DNA of 64,000 nucleotides, taken from the human T2T-CHM13v2.0 reference genome, Homo sapiens. A program made the position numbers and the translations under genes. Each line of letters starts with the position of its first letter. The first letter of the stretch is position 1. Below are positions 1 through 14,205 of this stretch, one piece after another. The stretch lies in NCBI RefSeq assembly GCF_009914755.1, contig NC_060927.1. One strand, 5' to 3'. The notes beneath the pieces are model-generated. The model did no database searches, was not told where the DNA came from, and saw only the letters and a program-made list of their open reading frames with translations.

Positions 1-49
1 GGGTGTAGCATAATCAAATTGTCTAGGCAGATTGTGGCTATATTATAAC

Positions 50-350
50 TTGTGGTTGAACATGAGCCTTTTTTCCTCTTCTGTGAAATGCTGTGCTACC
101 TTCTCTTCATTTTTATATTGCAATATTTGTCTTTTTCCTTATGATTTGTAGGGTTTCTCTATAGAGCTGGATAATAATCTTTTGTCAGCTCTGTATGTAG
201 CAAATATCTCCTATCAATTTCTTCATTATATTTCATTTTTATGGTGCCTTTTGATAAACAGCGTTCTTAATCTGAATGCAGTAAAATTCTCTTTAAAATG
301 AGTAATACATTTTCTGTGTTGTTTGAGAAATTATTTTTTTACCACAAGGC
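50..350 (-). mobile_element. Old LINE-1 (L1M/L1ME-type) fragment
   Basis: T-rich sequence resembling antisense L1 3' ORF2 region (TTCTGTGAAATG...GATTTGTAGGGTTTCT...GTAGCAAATATCTCC); highly diverged. Confidence 0.6.
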
Positions 351-869
351 AGATGGTGATTGTCTCTTCTTTCGTCTGTCTCCCTTACAGGATAATCAAA
401 GCAAAGAAGCCATTTTTCACCTCTTTTCCATTATAAATTCTCCCTTAGTAATCCTTTTGTGATTTTTGTATTGGAAATTGAGGGTTGGCTAATTGAAGTC
501 AGATGTTCAGTGCAGAGTGTTGCAGTGTATCCCAATTTGTTGCCTTGTTTCTCTGTTCTCTCTTTGTATGATCTATGGAGACTCCAAAAAGTTATCTGGG
601 GAAGAACAATGGCACATTTAACTCAGATTCTATTCCAGACAAGCTTATCAAACAATTTCTGTGGAACAAGTACAGTGTTATTCCTGATAGAATTCTGTCG
701 AGATAGATAGGACACATAGGACTTATCAAAGAGGGAAGCCCGTCACCTTTATTAGTCTGGAACTTCCTTTTCTTCAATCAACAACATATGTGAACCTTCT
801 TTTCTTGCTAGAAATATAGAATATATCTTCCTTTTGATTTTTGCATAAAGTATAATAATATAGCTTTAC

Positions 870-1310
870 AGTAAAGTATTTAAATCTTCCCTTATTAGGA
901 ACCAAAAGGTGTTTTCCAGTTGTTCTTTAATTTCATAATGATATAATGAATGCAGGTGTATGTAACATAGTGTATATATGTGTATGTGTATATGTACATG
1001 TCAGTATGTATATATCTCCATATGTTTGTGATATGGCTTCCTTATAATTGTATTAGAGAAGTAGAATTGCTATGACTAATGGTATTTTCACTTAAAATTT
1101 TTTTGGAAATGCTAAATTGCCTTATCACCAAAGTTGACAAGGGTATGCTTCATCACACTCTAGCTCACATTAGATACTGTCGCTTAAGTAGACTTTTGTC
1201 AGTTTTAGGGGAAATAGTATTCTTTTGTTCTAATTTGTATTTCTTTTCTCACTGCATTAGCCAACCTCATTTTTGAATGTTTCTCAGCTATTTATAACTT
1301 TTTAACATTT
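870..1310 (-). mobile_element. Old L1M fragment with internal (TA/TG)n patch
   Basis: TTTCCAGTT...ATAATGAAT...AGAAGTAGAATTGCT...GCTAAATTGCC motifs of antisense L1M; RY-alternating run at about 955-1025. Confidence 0.5.
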
Positions 1311-3169
1311 GAGTTCCTTCCATGAATAAACGTAGAGTGATAATGTAAAGCAGTGTAACTGAAGAGATGCTTGCCATTTCACTGCAGTTGTATTTTCATC
1401 ATAAGAGCAATAGAATTAAATTTGTATCACCTGCAAAATGGCATTTTTGTGGCTATTTGTACTTCATCTACAAAATCACAAACCTAACCATGCTAAAAAC
1501 AAACAAATTTGGGTTTGCTGCCTGAAACCTTTAGTTGGGTGTTTTAAAATAAAATAAAATAGCAAATATTCAAAACACTTTCACCAGTGTTATCTCATCT
1601 GATCCATTACATCCTTCTAACAAATCGTTAAATCAACAGATGTCAAATTAAACAAAACGAAGCACAACAAAATGCTTATCTATTTATTGCTGCAAAAGTA
1701 CTTAAACAGGTGTCATATATTCAAGATTCTAATCGCTGTTCCAGAGAGCAAGCTTTTAGTGAAAATATTTGTAAGTGTTATGACCAAATGTAACAAAGGC
1801 ATAAATAAAATCCAGGAAAATTATAAAATTCAAATTAAGAGGAAACACTAAGGAAAGTATAAAGGTATCTTAACTTTCCTGGTAATGTTCTGTTTCTGAA
1901 GCTGGATGATATCAACACAAGTATTTACATATATGCTTTATAATTTCTCATATTTGTAAAATACTTTTTAAAAATTAAAACCTCAGTGCTTTTTTTTTTT
2001 TTCATTTCTACAGTGGCACATAAAAAAGGATTACCACTCTAAAGCTTAATGATCACATCCAAGGGGTTCAAATGCCAATGCATTTGGCAGCAATTCAGTG
2101 CAGGGTTTGCTGAGCCAATTCTCCAGTTCTGAGTAGCCTCAATGCCTCAACCTAATCTGGCAGAGGGAACACTCCGATGATAGCAATTACTTCAATTCTC
2201 AGTTTGTTGAGTTCATATGGCCCCACAAGTAATAAAAGTTCTTAAAAGAGTTTGCTGAAAAGAATGAAAATAGACATGGTACATGACTCAACAAATCTAT
2301 GCCAAACCACCTGTGTGAAAATATATACACATATTTAATTTAGCCAACTGTTCTCCTTGATTGATAGTTTGCATATATTATACTATAGACCTGATGCTCC
2401 TAACCTTCCACAGCTTCCTAAATTGAGAGTGTAAATTTCTTAATTTTCCCAAGATGTGTATGTTATTGAAACCTAAGGATAAGTGTCATGGACTTCTTGT
2501 GGTCATCTAGATCACACTGAAAGGGTACTTGTCACTTTGGGATTTAATAATTAAAACACATAGGAATATTTAGTGAATCTGACTCTTCAGGGTGGGAGGT
2601 CTGTCTTGTTTAAACAAATGAAACTTATGTTGGCAAATATTTTTATTGATGGACTTGAATAAAGATGTAGCCTCATTTTGTGAGGGGAGAGGTAGTGCAT
2701 ATTTAACAGATACACATTTGGACGCGATGTTGGCTTTGCATTCACTCTCAGGTACCACAGCAGAAATTTACCCTGTAGCAGCATTGCTTTGGTATGATGT
2801 TCAACATTGCTATCAGTGGTCGTTAACATTTATGGCACAATTCATTTAGGTTTTTACGAGTCCTTCATATTCCCTTTATGATCCCAAACAGGAAATGTCC
2901 ATGTGGGAAATGAGTAACACTATACACCAAAATCTCTTTGATTTTCATTTTTATGTTAATAGTCACTACATTTCTAAACCCAGGATGTGTAGTTTTCTGA
3001 ATCTTAAGTATTATATATATATCTTGGAGGTCTCTAAGAGTCATCTGAATGGAATTTCTCACTGCACACTGATATTGTCTTCTTTGACCCACTTTGAAAG
3101 AATATAGTTTAGGGCTAAATATTTGATATAATATGACACATAATACCATTAATTTAATTATTTTGCTTA

Positions 3170-4115
3170 TTTAACTAATATCTGTTGCACATTTATTGAG
3201 GACCTACTATGTGCCAGGCAGTTTTCTAGGTCCTATAGTGTATTTGTTCTGCTATTCACATGGCCGATTGCTGTTATAAATTAAAAAATCTCAGAGGCTA
3301 AACAAAAATAGAAATCTATTTATTATTCATGTGAAGTCCATTTGGGGGTCAGAAGTTTTCCACTCAGGAATTAGGGTACTAGTTTCATTATATATCCCAA
3401 ACTTGCAACCCCCTTGGGCCTCGGGGCAATCCCCAGGAACCTCTTCATTTCAATTAGCAAAGAATGGATGAGAGAATAGAGAATTGCAATTAAGAGGTCT
3501 TTGTGAATCTGGCCTTGAAGGGGCACACATCACTGCCTCCACATTCTGTATTCTAGGACTCAGCTATATGGTCATGCTGATTTCAAAGAAAGTGGGAAAT
3601 GTGGCATAGCCATATTTCTTGGAAGAGAGGAAACAAACTTGGTGAGTATTAAGCTAATCTCTGCCAAATGTGCTATTATATTTGGTAAGACAGATGAGGT
3701 TCCTACTTGTATGGAGCAACCATTCTGGTATAGTGAGATAGACAATAAACATGAAAACAAATATATAAGTAAGAATTGCAGGTAGTGATGAGTGCTGGGA
3801 AGTAAACAACAAAGGGTGGTGGGATTTAGGAAGAACAGCAGATGGAAAGGAGCTCTTCTACCTAGCATGATGAGAGGGCAAATGTCTGTTGCAATGGAAT
3901 CCCATCTGAAGCTTGAATGAAGGGAAGGAGTTGGCCATGCAAAGACTTAGAGAAAAGCTTTCCAGACAGGACAAAGGGCAGAATCTGAACAGGCTTAGTA
4001 TGTTTAGATGACAGAAAGAAGGTAAGTCTGGCAAAACTTACTGAGGTTGGGATTGGGTTGGATGAGCAGAGGAGAAGCAGGGAGCACGTTATGCAGTTCT
4101 TGGAGGTCTTTACTG
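3170..4115 (-). mobile_element. L2 3' region interrupted by an MLT1 LTR
   Basis: ATTTATTGAGGACCTACTATGTGCCAGGCA (reverse of L2 tail) at about 3190; resumes about 3690 with ACAGATGAGGTTCCTACTTGTATGGAGC...GAGATAGACAATAAAC. Confidence 0.75.
3238..3670 (-). mobile_element. MaLR LTR, MLT1 (J/K/L-like)
   Basis: AAAATCTCAGAGGCTAAACAAAAATAGAAATCTATTT and GAAGGGGCACACATCACTGCCTCCACATTCTG...GGGAAATGTGG, typical of antisense MLT1. Confidence 0.65.
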
Positions 4116-4129
4116 TAATTTCATATACA

Positions 4130-4335
4130 GGGATTTTTGCTAAGTTTGTGGAATGCTTTATCTCATTTAATCTTTTCAACAAATCTGGATATTATTACCC
4201 CTTCTTTTGCAGACAAGTAAATGGAGGTTTAGGGAGTTTAAATAACTTCTGCAAGATCATACAGCTGATGAAGCAGAGTCAGATTTACCCAAGTCTGTCT
4301 GACTCCAAAACTCATGCTTCTGACCGTGATACAAC
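4130..4335 (-). mobile_element. MIR SINE
   Basis: TCTCATTTAATCTTTTCAACAA...TTTTGCAGACAAGTAAATGGAGG...GTCTGTCTGACTCCAAAACTCATGCT. Confidence 0.75.
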
Positions 4336-6339
4336 CATGGTTTTAACCAAGTTTTTAGTCAACACTGAAAACCTGTTTTCTCTTCCATTCATGAAACAAT
4401 GCAAAAGAATGTACTCTGTCATCTTAAACTTTCTGACAACTTGAAACCACTAAGACTGTTCCAAAGCCAATGTATATTTAGCAAAGACATTTAAAATATT
4501 TTCACTTTAAAATTTCTCTATAATAAACATGCTTTGCTCTTATACAAACAATTCTAGTCACAATTATCATTGTCAAGTATGAATTCTTATCTAATGGAAC
4601 TTGTTACCTCAATTCAGTCAATTCATACAAGAATACTACTCTTATGTACTTTCCTCCCCAAAAATGTATAGCAACCTCATTCCAAATTTAACTAAGGAAT
4701 ATCTAATGCACCTTTTGGTAACCTATTCCATTTTTACTACCATCTAGTCATTATTTTCAGAGTTTATATTTGTTCAAAGTGCCCTTACCATCATTCCTAT
4801 TTCCACTTTCCTGGCATCTAACTTTCCTTAAATTTAGCTGTTTGATTTGGAACTTAAGCACAGGTTAATAAGTTAAATCATGATTAGTTTATATTTCTTT
4901 CAAAATCTAGAAAATCTGGAAATCTTCAACCAGTTAAGGATGAAAGATTGCATGGAGTCCTATTTTAACCCTATTATTTGTTTTTTCTTGCAATGCCATT
5001 TCTTTTTTTCTTTTCTTGTATAAATTCCTCCTGGCATCTTTTATCAGTCTAAGGAGGACAGGTACAAGATCACTCTTGAAACTTGGGATACAAAAGTAAT
5101 TCAATATGAGATGTTTATGTGGAAGAGTAGTTGGTTGCCTCATCTTTAATAAATGATATGGAATTACCAGAGAACAAGAAACTCTGCAAAGTGTTGCTAT
5201 ACATGGAAAATACCTAATTGGGAGCCTAGTTGGTAAAACCTTAAAATTGTTATATGATATGTACACTTCAGAATAAAAAGTCTCCCTTTTGTTCTTCCTT
5301 ATTCTATTAATGCACAAAAGACTCAAGGGATTTAATTTTTTTTTTCTTTAAAGACAGAGAGGACTCTGTGGTTGTTTTTTGGAGGAAAATAAACAGATAT
5401 AAACACTCTAAAATAGCTGAAAGCAAAATTTGACTAGTATTTTGTAGACGAAAAGCAAAGAGATTTAAACCAGATAATCTGTACTGATATACTACCTATC
5501 TCCTCTTTACTATTCTCCTCTTCTATGGTATTTTGTATGGTTGACATGTGCAATGAGCAGAAAATGTAGTATCAGAAGATCTAAATGTGGGTCCTGACTC
5601 TGTCATTTATTTGTTTGATGACTCTGGGCAAACCATTAGTAAATCTTGACTTGCTTTTGTTCTCTGCAAAGTATGGTAGGTAACATAAGTGAAAACACTT
5701 AATAAATATTTAGTGTTATATTAATGAGAACATGTTAGCGTCATTAGAATCAAACTTTTCTGATTGAATCTAGCATCTTGACTGTTCAGTTCCTCCTATT
5801 CTTTGCACAATCTCTGTCTATTCTGAGCTCTCCATCAGGCCTGGACCATTCTAACTTGTAAGGTGTGTTTTATTTTGCTTGATTAAAATTCCTGAATTAT
5901 TTTTTCTTTCATGCATCCCTGAATCAATAACAACTGTCATCTTTCCCTCCTTCTCCACTATCCTTACTTCTCCTGGTCCCATTTGTCCCACCATTTTCTT
6001 CTTCAAGGCAAATGCATTTTTATTATTTCCAAGGACTTGATATACTTCCCAACTCTTTGAATCAAATGGTGTTCTCCTTGTAAGAATGAAGGAAGTTCTT
6101 TAAAATCCCATAATTTTGAACTTAGTGGAGGTACCACTTCTTGCAGCAAGTCCTTCCTGACTCCACCCTCTTCTGTACTGAAACATTGCCACAGGCTTAT
6201 AGATCCATGTTACGTGATTGCATAGCCCTCTGTAAATTTGTTTCTGGGGTAAGTGTAGTTTAAATTTACAAAGTACTTAGCAATATTTTTTAAAACATAG
6301 GTTATTTCTAAATTGAGAATGGCTTTGTATTCATGCCTC

Positions 6340-6540
6340 CATTTATTCATCCTTTTGAAAAATATTTATTGAGCCTCTGCTACATGCCACATGTAGTTCC
6401 AGATACATGGTATGCAGAAATGAATAAGATGTAATCACTCAAGGAGACTGTAGCTTAAGGGAGTAGGAGACACCTACAGATTATGAGAATTGCAAGACAG
6501 GGGGAAATCGAAGTCTATAGATAGTGTCATAGAAGTACCA
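6340..6540 (-). mobile_element. L2 3' end fragment
   Basis: ATTTATTCAT...AAATATTTATTGAGCCTCTGCTACATGCCA. Confidence 0.6.
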
Positions 6541-6567
6541 AATATGAGATGATAACCTTTGCTTTCT

Positions 6568-6877
<310 letters not shown>

Positions 6878-9800
6878 GACAACCTTTGCTTTCTAACCAG
6901 GGGTGACTGTAGGAAGAAAGGATACATCAGTGGAATCTCGGAAAGTCAAGAGTTAGCCATGTGTTGGTGAAGCCGTTAAAAACAGACACCACAGCAAGGG
7001 AAAGACCTATTTCCACATATATCATTAGTCACCCAGGTCCCAAATTCCTCTGTAACATGAGAGAGTTGAATTGGATAAGTTCATGTCTCTCTCTAAGTTC
7101 GGTTCTCCTAGGATTTGTACAGTTTTGAATACCCACTACGGGTAAAACATGTACTGACTTCAGTGGTGAAAATGTTAGTGCTGCCCTTGAATAACTTATC
7201 CTCCAGTAAGATATGGTAAAAGACGGTTCATTTCTTCAACTGGTTAGTTAATAGCAGTACTTGAAGTGCTGCCTTGAGAAGGATGATAAGATCATATCTC
7301 TGTTCATCATAACAAAAGCTGTTATCAATTACTGATGTTTGTTCTGATGGGGAGAAAGAAGTGGAAGTATGTGCATCACCTGTTTACCACCTCTGTTCTA
7401 GTTTTAGATGTTAAATTTAGTAAGTTACTCAAAATCATATTAAAATAGAAATTTGAAGAAATGAATTAAAAAATAAGACTCTTACCCCCAAAACCAGAGT
7501 ATTATTTTATGGGTATTCCTATCTGTAAACAAAAAATCCTCAACTCAATGGCTTGTTCTTTTAGCACGTAGCCCAATATCCTGAGCCAATAAAGCTGATT
7601 ATGTATTTTAGGGATGCAAAGAATAAAGGCAGTTTAAACTGCCTTGGACAAATTAGATTTCATATTCTGTTCAAAGAGCCTATCTTCCGTTACAACAGCC
7701 CTTAGATGTGTCTCCTTCACTGAAGTATGTTCTACTGGAGGGCGGGAACCACCAGATCAGTATATTGACTCCTGTATCCCTGGCATCTAGCAAAGGACCA
7801 TTACATGGGAGGTATTCAGTAGGTACCTGCTTCCTGAATGTTGGGTGAAAAAATGAAAGTTCTCTGAGATAGTTTGTGTAACTTTTTGGCTCATCAAGGT
7901 CCTGCAGAAAGTTCACATCTGTAGATCATAAACAAGACGTGAGGGAATGTCAGATATTCAACTGAAGTCAACAATGCATAAGGAAGGAGAGTTTAGAAGT
8001 GATGTTATTTCAGAAATAAAACTTTATGAATCTTGCATATAACCAAATAACAAGCTGGCTTTTCATTTACACAATGGAAATGAATGTTAAAGTATTCATA
8101 AAGACTAGTGGAGAAATAAAAAGTTATTCTGGTGGAGTGAAGTTTTAAATGCAAAGAATGAATATATTTTATAGATTTATCTCAGCATGTAACAAATGTT
8201 GATGAACACAGTGCAGACCATGGGTATAAAATTCATTTATGCAGATTCTTAGGGCATAGCCCATTAGAATTCTAGAAATACCTTTAGTCCATGTTTAATA
8301 AAAACTCCAAAACATTTATAATTTTTTTTTGTGCCTCTGTCTTTCAATTTTTCCCTTAACTTAGTTATACAGGCTACTCTTACTGTTGGGTGTAACTTTC
8401 AGAGACATTTTGTTATTCATTAAATTGTTGAGAGAAATTCTTCAATTCTAGGAAGTGCTTTCCTTCCAGTTAAACTTCATAATCTTGGAAAGTTAGAGAA
8501 CCATTTCTTCCCTCACCAAGGCAGCAAAACTCCTATTTAGGCTAACATTATAAATTAAAATTTTGATTAGAAAAATTTCTATGAATGTGAAAACTTCAAC
8601 TTAAATGCTTATTAATTATTAAGTCGGCCTCTTCATCTTCAAACATTAGCAAATTATTTTGAATTTTATTGCAATGGCTTTTCAGTAAGTTTTTCCTTAT
8701 TCTACTTTTCTACAAATTTAGTATTTCACAGAGAGACAGTTTGTGACTTTGTAAGAAAGCTATCCTTGAACCTTTTACCATAGGATAGAGTTATAACAAG
8801 GGCCCTTTATTACTTCAGGCATAAACACCTTTGAATGGGCCGAAGATGGACCAGCTTTATTCTGAGCTCCAATATAGAAATGTCTTGTTATTTGAGTATA
8901 TCTCAGATATCCAAACCTATCTATTAGGAACTATTTATAAGTAACCTAATTAAAAGCAATGATGCCTTCTAGAGCACTTTCTTACTGCAGTGTTTTTTGC
9001 ATTCTTTCTTAGTTAATCTGGGTTAGGCCTTTGGGAGTTTATAAGCAGAATCAGTTAATGTGCAAAAAGGATGATGTGAAAGATTGCTAGAGAGAAGGAA
9101 TTAACTTGAAAAGATGTGAATAACACATTCTCTAACATCCCCCTGCAGAATTTAAATTCAGAACATTATGGATAGAGATAAGGAGGTTCCTGAACTTAGC
9201 TCTATTTGAGGGGTTTAACTGACATTGGATTGACTATATTTCTTTAAGATGAAAACTTTAAGCATTTTTTAAAAACATAAAAATAGTCTAGAATCTACTT
9301 GCCTATGAAATTCACATGATTAAATATAACGAGGATTTTTCCTCCACAGAGTAAATAACCTCCTTCCCATGTGTATATTGATATAAACTTCAGTGCATTT
9401 GTTTTATGATTTAGCACAGATGGTTTCTCCCTTGTTTGAGGCTGAAAAATGGATTTTCTTTTTGCTCCCCTGGAGTTCTTTTTCTTTGAGGTTAGAGAAT
9501 AGGTATTAGTGTTTCTTGAAAATCACACTTAACGGAAAACTATTTGTATGCCTTTAAAATGTTTTTTATTTGTGTATATTTCAAAAAGAATTGTATTATC
9601 TTAGTATCCGTTGTTAGCACGTATTAGAATTTATGTTCTCATGATAAGAACAATTCCCAAAGCCTCAGAAGAAAGCCAGATGATTTTAAGAAAAATCACA
9701 TGAAAATTTATTATATTTAAATAGACATTTGGCATTTATTATACTGTTTATTTCACATATTTTGTTAGTGTCAGCATAAGATTCAAAGGCATGCTATTTT

Positions 9801-10279
9801 ATCTGTTTATCATGTTTAGATAGAGATAAAACTAATCAAAATAAATAAGCTATAACCTGAAAATCTTTAGCAGTATGGTGAAGAAGATTTAAATAATTTC
9901 TCTATCTTATCTAAGCTATGCATAATTGCTAAATATGTTTCTAGGTCAATATCATTTAGTCTGGCATAAGTACTTGATATTTTCTAAACCATTTAAAGTC
10001 ATTATTTCATATTTATCAAAGGAATTCTTTGAAGCACACAGTGTTATGTTTTCTAATGTGATAGATATAAAGAAACAGGGGCTTAAGTGCCTTACCTTAG
10101 ATAACCCAGGACTTGGGGGAAGGGAATTAAGTAAATATTAGTTCATAGTTTTTTTTGTGGGAACAATTCTATCTTCGAAGGTGCAGCATTTAAACAGATC
10201 TCCTCATTCTTATACAATGTATTCCCAAATGGGAACATTCCTTAAACATATTGTGCCTGAGATGAGCCTTATGATAACA

Positions 10280-10490
10280 GTAGCAGGAACAGCTAACATT
10301 TATTGAGTGCTAATTATGTTTGGCAATGAATAAAAATTTTAAACTATTATTTCATTTAATTCTATTAGTTACCTATGAGATAGAGGCTGCTGTTGTCACC
10401 ATTTTAGAGACAAGGAAATGTAGATTTAAAGACTGGAAATTGACCCAGTGTCATAAAATGATAGATACTATATTCTAAAACCAGTTATTA
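10280..10490 (-). mobile_element. MIR SINE
   Basis: AGCTAACATTTATTGAGTGC...TTCATTTAATTCT...CCATTTTAGAGACAAGGAAATG. Confidence 0.7.
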
Positions 10491-12799
10491 AGCTTGTTAC
10501 CAATATACTGTGCCCTGAGAAAAATTTGGCTGAAGAGGAAAACCAGAACAAACCCTATCATTAATAAGGATATTGTAAAAGCCCTGTTATAATTCTTTAA
10601 ATTACTGTTGCACAAATATAATTAAACTTTCAAAGTAACTCATCAGATTAAGATCCTACATTATAATTTAATCCTTTTGGGTTTGGGTATTACCACAAGC
10701 ACAGAGCTGTTAAATCAAACTGTGGGGCTTCACAAATCAAATGATTAGCAGTTCTAATTTGTTAATGGTACATTCACTAAAGTAAGTTAAGCAAACAAAG
10801 AATCTGCCTTTAGTATATGGATATTGGCCAAACTCGTTTGTTTCTGCTGCAATTGGGTTTTCAGATGTCCTCCTACTGTGGCCGGGTCTAGCTTTCCTCC
10901 ATATTTTCACACTTGTTTCCTTTTAGTCCTGTTCTTCCAATCCTTCATGCCTCACTTGTCACCACTTCAGCTCCTTTTCATGCTTTTTTACATCTGCTTG
11001 CTGTCCCTGAGAGACCTTGCAAATCTTTAAAGTTTCTAAATGCAAATGATATGTGATTGAGGCAGGGTCTATGGAGTCAATAAGAATTTTAGAGCCAACT
11101 TTAGAAGTACTGTGATTCAGTAGCAGTGGAGGGTGAGGTATTATAAATGATAAGCTGTGCTGCAGATGGAAACTAAATCAATAAATGCTAAATGATTGGA
11201 TGTCTATATCCTTCATGTGGCTTTGTCAACTTTCTTTGTCCTTTGGGTTTGCCTAAATCATCCACGCATTTGCTGTGCATAAATCTAAGTCCCTTTCTCT
11301 CCCACCTTAAAATTTTGAATTTGTAGTACCTTTGCTCATTTTAGTAAGGAGCAGAACAGCTTTGCAAAGAAACATCATCCATCAATAGAAAGTAATGAGA
11401 TTTTTCTGTGCATAATACACTAGGGCTTTCTTTTTCTATCATAAGTTGCTCTTAAGCCACACATACTGTCCTTTACAAGTTGGGTTGAATATTATTTGCA
11501 TTTACTCTGCTACAGATGAACTCTGTCAGATTTTAAGGTTGAAATCCCCAAATGGACTCCCTGTATAAAAGTGTATTAAACCTAAAAAATAAAATGCAAT
11601 ACTCCAAAATGAGAGTAATAAAAAGTCACGTTTAATGCATTTGATAATTATTGAATTAACAATCTCTATTGTTTCCATTTGGTGTTAACAGGGACAGGGG
11701 CACAGCAAATCATAAATCCATCTTCCTTCCCAGGAGAGCTCACAGCCCAAGAATTTTGTTTTGTACTTCCCATTACTTTCTTTCTTGTGAGCATTACCAG
11801 CACCCACATGTAAACTAAAGAATTGATCTGCACATAATTACACATATGAAAGCATTAACCAGTCTCTCTAATCTCTCCAAATGCCCTGAGTCCTTGAAGG
11901 GTACAGTGTCAGTAGTGCCGAGGGATAGTTGTTCTCATCATCTACACATCATTTAAATGTTTCCCATGAATGTCTCACTCTCCTTGGTCCCAAATGACTA
12001 ACATATGTTTTCTGTATTTTTTTTAAGCAAGATTTCCACTGATCCTAAAAAACTGAATAAGTCAAGAGATCCTGAAAAGCTTATGGAAGTAGAAGAAAGG
12101 TGATGATCTATGTAGCAGACAATCTAGTGTGGGAATTAAAGATTTCCTCCCAATTGGGATTCTAAGATATTTCATCTGCTTCTACTGAGCAGTGCAACAA
12201 AAGATACTACTAAAAGTATTTAAACAGGTATTTTGAATAAATGTAATGCTCTTACTAAACTAAGCCTACCTTTGAAAAAATGATTAGGCATTGGGAGTTT
12301 TGACTGACAAAATATAACATGTTAGACAAGTTATTGTGATCATCACAACTGGCACATAATGGAACAGCTGTAGTTCTTCTGTCTCTCACTGTCTTTGCTT
12401 ATCATCATAGATGGCTGTGCCAACTACCCTCTTCTCTTTGTTTGTGAATATGAGTGGAAAAGTAGAAACCTGGGCATTATTTGATATAATTCTTTCAACA
12501 AGCAGTTGCATTCTCTGCAAGAAGTTGGAGTACAGAGAGAAATAAAACATAATCCCTACCACTAGGATCCACATTCTAATAGGAGAAAAGGTATTTAAGA
12601 AACAAAAAGCAACACAGTACAACATAATAGCTGAGAGAAAAGAGGTATGTACATAGTACAAGGGAAACACCAGGTAAAATGTGGTCAATTTCCCTGGAAT
12701 GGCGATGGGGAGATGGGAAGGGCATCTGCAAGCGGATGTCTACCTGAACTTAACTTGATTGCCCAGGTCCAAGCACTGAGGTGACCTGAACATCTACCC

Positions 12800-13223
12800 A
12801 GGCATGATTGGTTTGAAATGTGCAGACATGAGGTTTGGGAGGGGCCAGGGGTGGAATGATATGGTTTGGCTCTGTGTCTCCAGCCAAATCTCACCTTGTA
12901 GCTCCCATAATTCCCACTTGTTGTGGGAGGGACCAGTGGGAGATAATTGAATCATGGGGATGGGTCTTTCCCATGCTCTTCTTGTGATAGTGAATACGTC
13001 TCACAAGATCTTATGGTTTTAAAAATTGGAGTTTCCCTGCACAAGCTCTCTTTTTTTGCCTGCCACCATCCATTTAAGATGTGACTTTTTCCTCCTTGCC
13101 TTCCATCATGATTGTGAGACCTCCCCAGCCATATGGAACTGTAACCCCATTAAACCTCTTTCTTTTGTAAATTGCCCAGTCTGGGGTATGTCTTTTTCAG
13201 CAGCATGAAAACAGACTAATACA
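12800..13223 (+). mobile_element. THE1 (THE1C-like) MaLR LTR at 12857-13223, preceded by about 57 bp of THE1 internal 3' end including the polypurine tract
   Basis: TGATATGGTTTGGCTCTGTGTC start; ATTAAACCTCTTTC...CAGCAGCATGAAAACAGACTAATACA end; upstream GGCATGATTGGTTTGAAATGTG...GGGAGGGGCCAGGGGTGGAA. Confidence 0.9.
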
Positions 13224-13614
13224 CCATACTAGGCTTGAGTAAATTCACTGAGTAGTTCATTGCCCCAGAGAGGGGATGACAGATGTCACACAGCCTGCTA
13301 CCATTTCCTTGACTTGTCACTTCCTTCTTTACACACCCCTGGGTTAAAGGAAATATCTCTTCTGGCTCTCTTCAGAGTAATCAAACCACATTTTTAAAAT
13401 TTTGGCAGCAGTTTCCACTCATGCCCCAACATACTCACCTACCTTAATTGGGCTATAAGAAAGTTTTCTCAGAAAAGGCAGTTCTCCCTCAAGCAGGGAC
13501 TGTCAGACAAGCTGCTAAGGGAATGAAACTTTTATGACACAAAGAAAGCTTCATTGTGATGATGCAAACTTGGCTGAATAAATGACTTGCCTTGGGTCAT
13601 TTCTAAATAAATAA

Positions 13615-13845
13615 TATTAGATAATGCTTATTGAGTGCTTACTAAGTGCCACGTTCTATTGTAAGCATGTAAAGGATTGTAGCTCATTGCATTTAGCGGC
13701 AAACTTGTGTGGTAACACTGCTAATTTTCTGACTTTGCTGAAAGCACAGAGATGTAAAATCACATCACCAAGGTTTCACAGCTAATAAATGGTGAACCAA
13801 GATTCAAACCCAAAGATTGGCTTAAATCTGTGCTCTTACAAACTA
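13615..13845 (-). mobile_element. MIR SINE
   Basis: TATTGAGTGCTTACTAAGTGCCA...CCAAGGTTTCACAGCTAATAAATGG...GATTCAAACCCA. Confidence 0.75.
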
Positions 13846-13904
13846 TACTTTATTTCACAAGAAGTGGGCTTTGAATGACACATTGAGTCTGTCAAAGTAC
13901 TCTA

Positions 13905-14205
13905 AATGTATTGGGTATCAGTCTGGAAGTTGTAAGAGACATCCAAAATAATAACCATTTAAGCAAGTTATGAAGAGATTCCCTCACATTTAAAAGTGTA
14001 AGAAGAACCCATCACCTTTCACATCCATTGGCTGTAAAGTTGACACATGACATCTCATGTCCATTGGCTAGAATATAGTCACATGGTGATATTTAATCAC
14101 AAAGAGGAAATGATAAATCGTGTTTTTCTCTTGATGATCATGTGCCAACTAAAATTGTAACCCTATGTAAAAAGTGAGCAGATATTGGGGCAACCAGTAA
14201 CCTGT
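13905..14205 (-). mobile_element. MLT1-type LTR fragment
   Basis: TCACATCCATTGGCT...TCCATTGGCTAGAATATAGTCACATGG...GATATTGGGGCAACCAGT. Confidence 0.5.

Noticed and set aside
361-391. Strong-looking plus-strand splice acceptors at 390, 2013, 37628, 49042, 56845 and 61007
   Set aside because: No convincing paired donor or reading frame; such motifs are common in T-rich DNA
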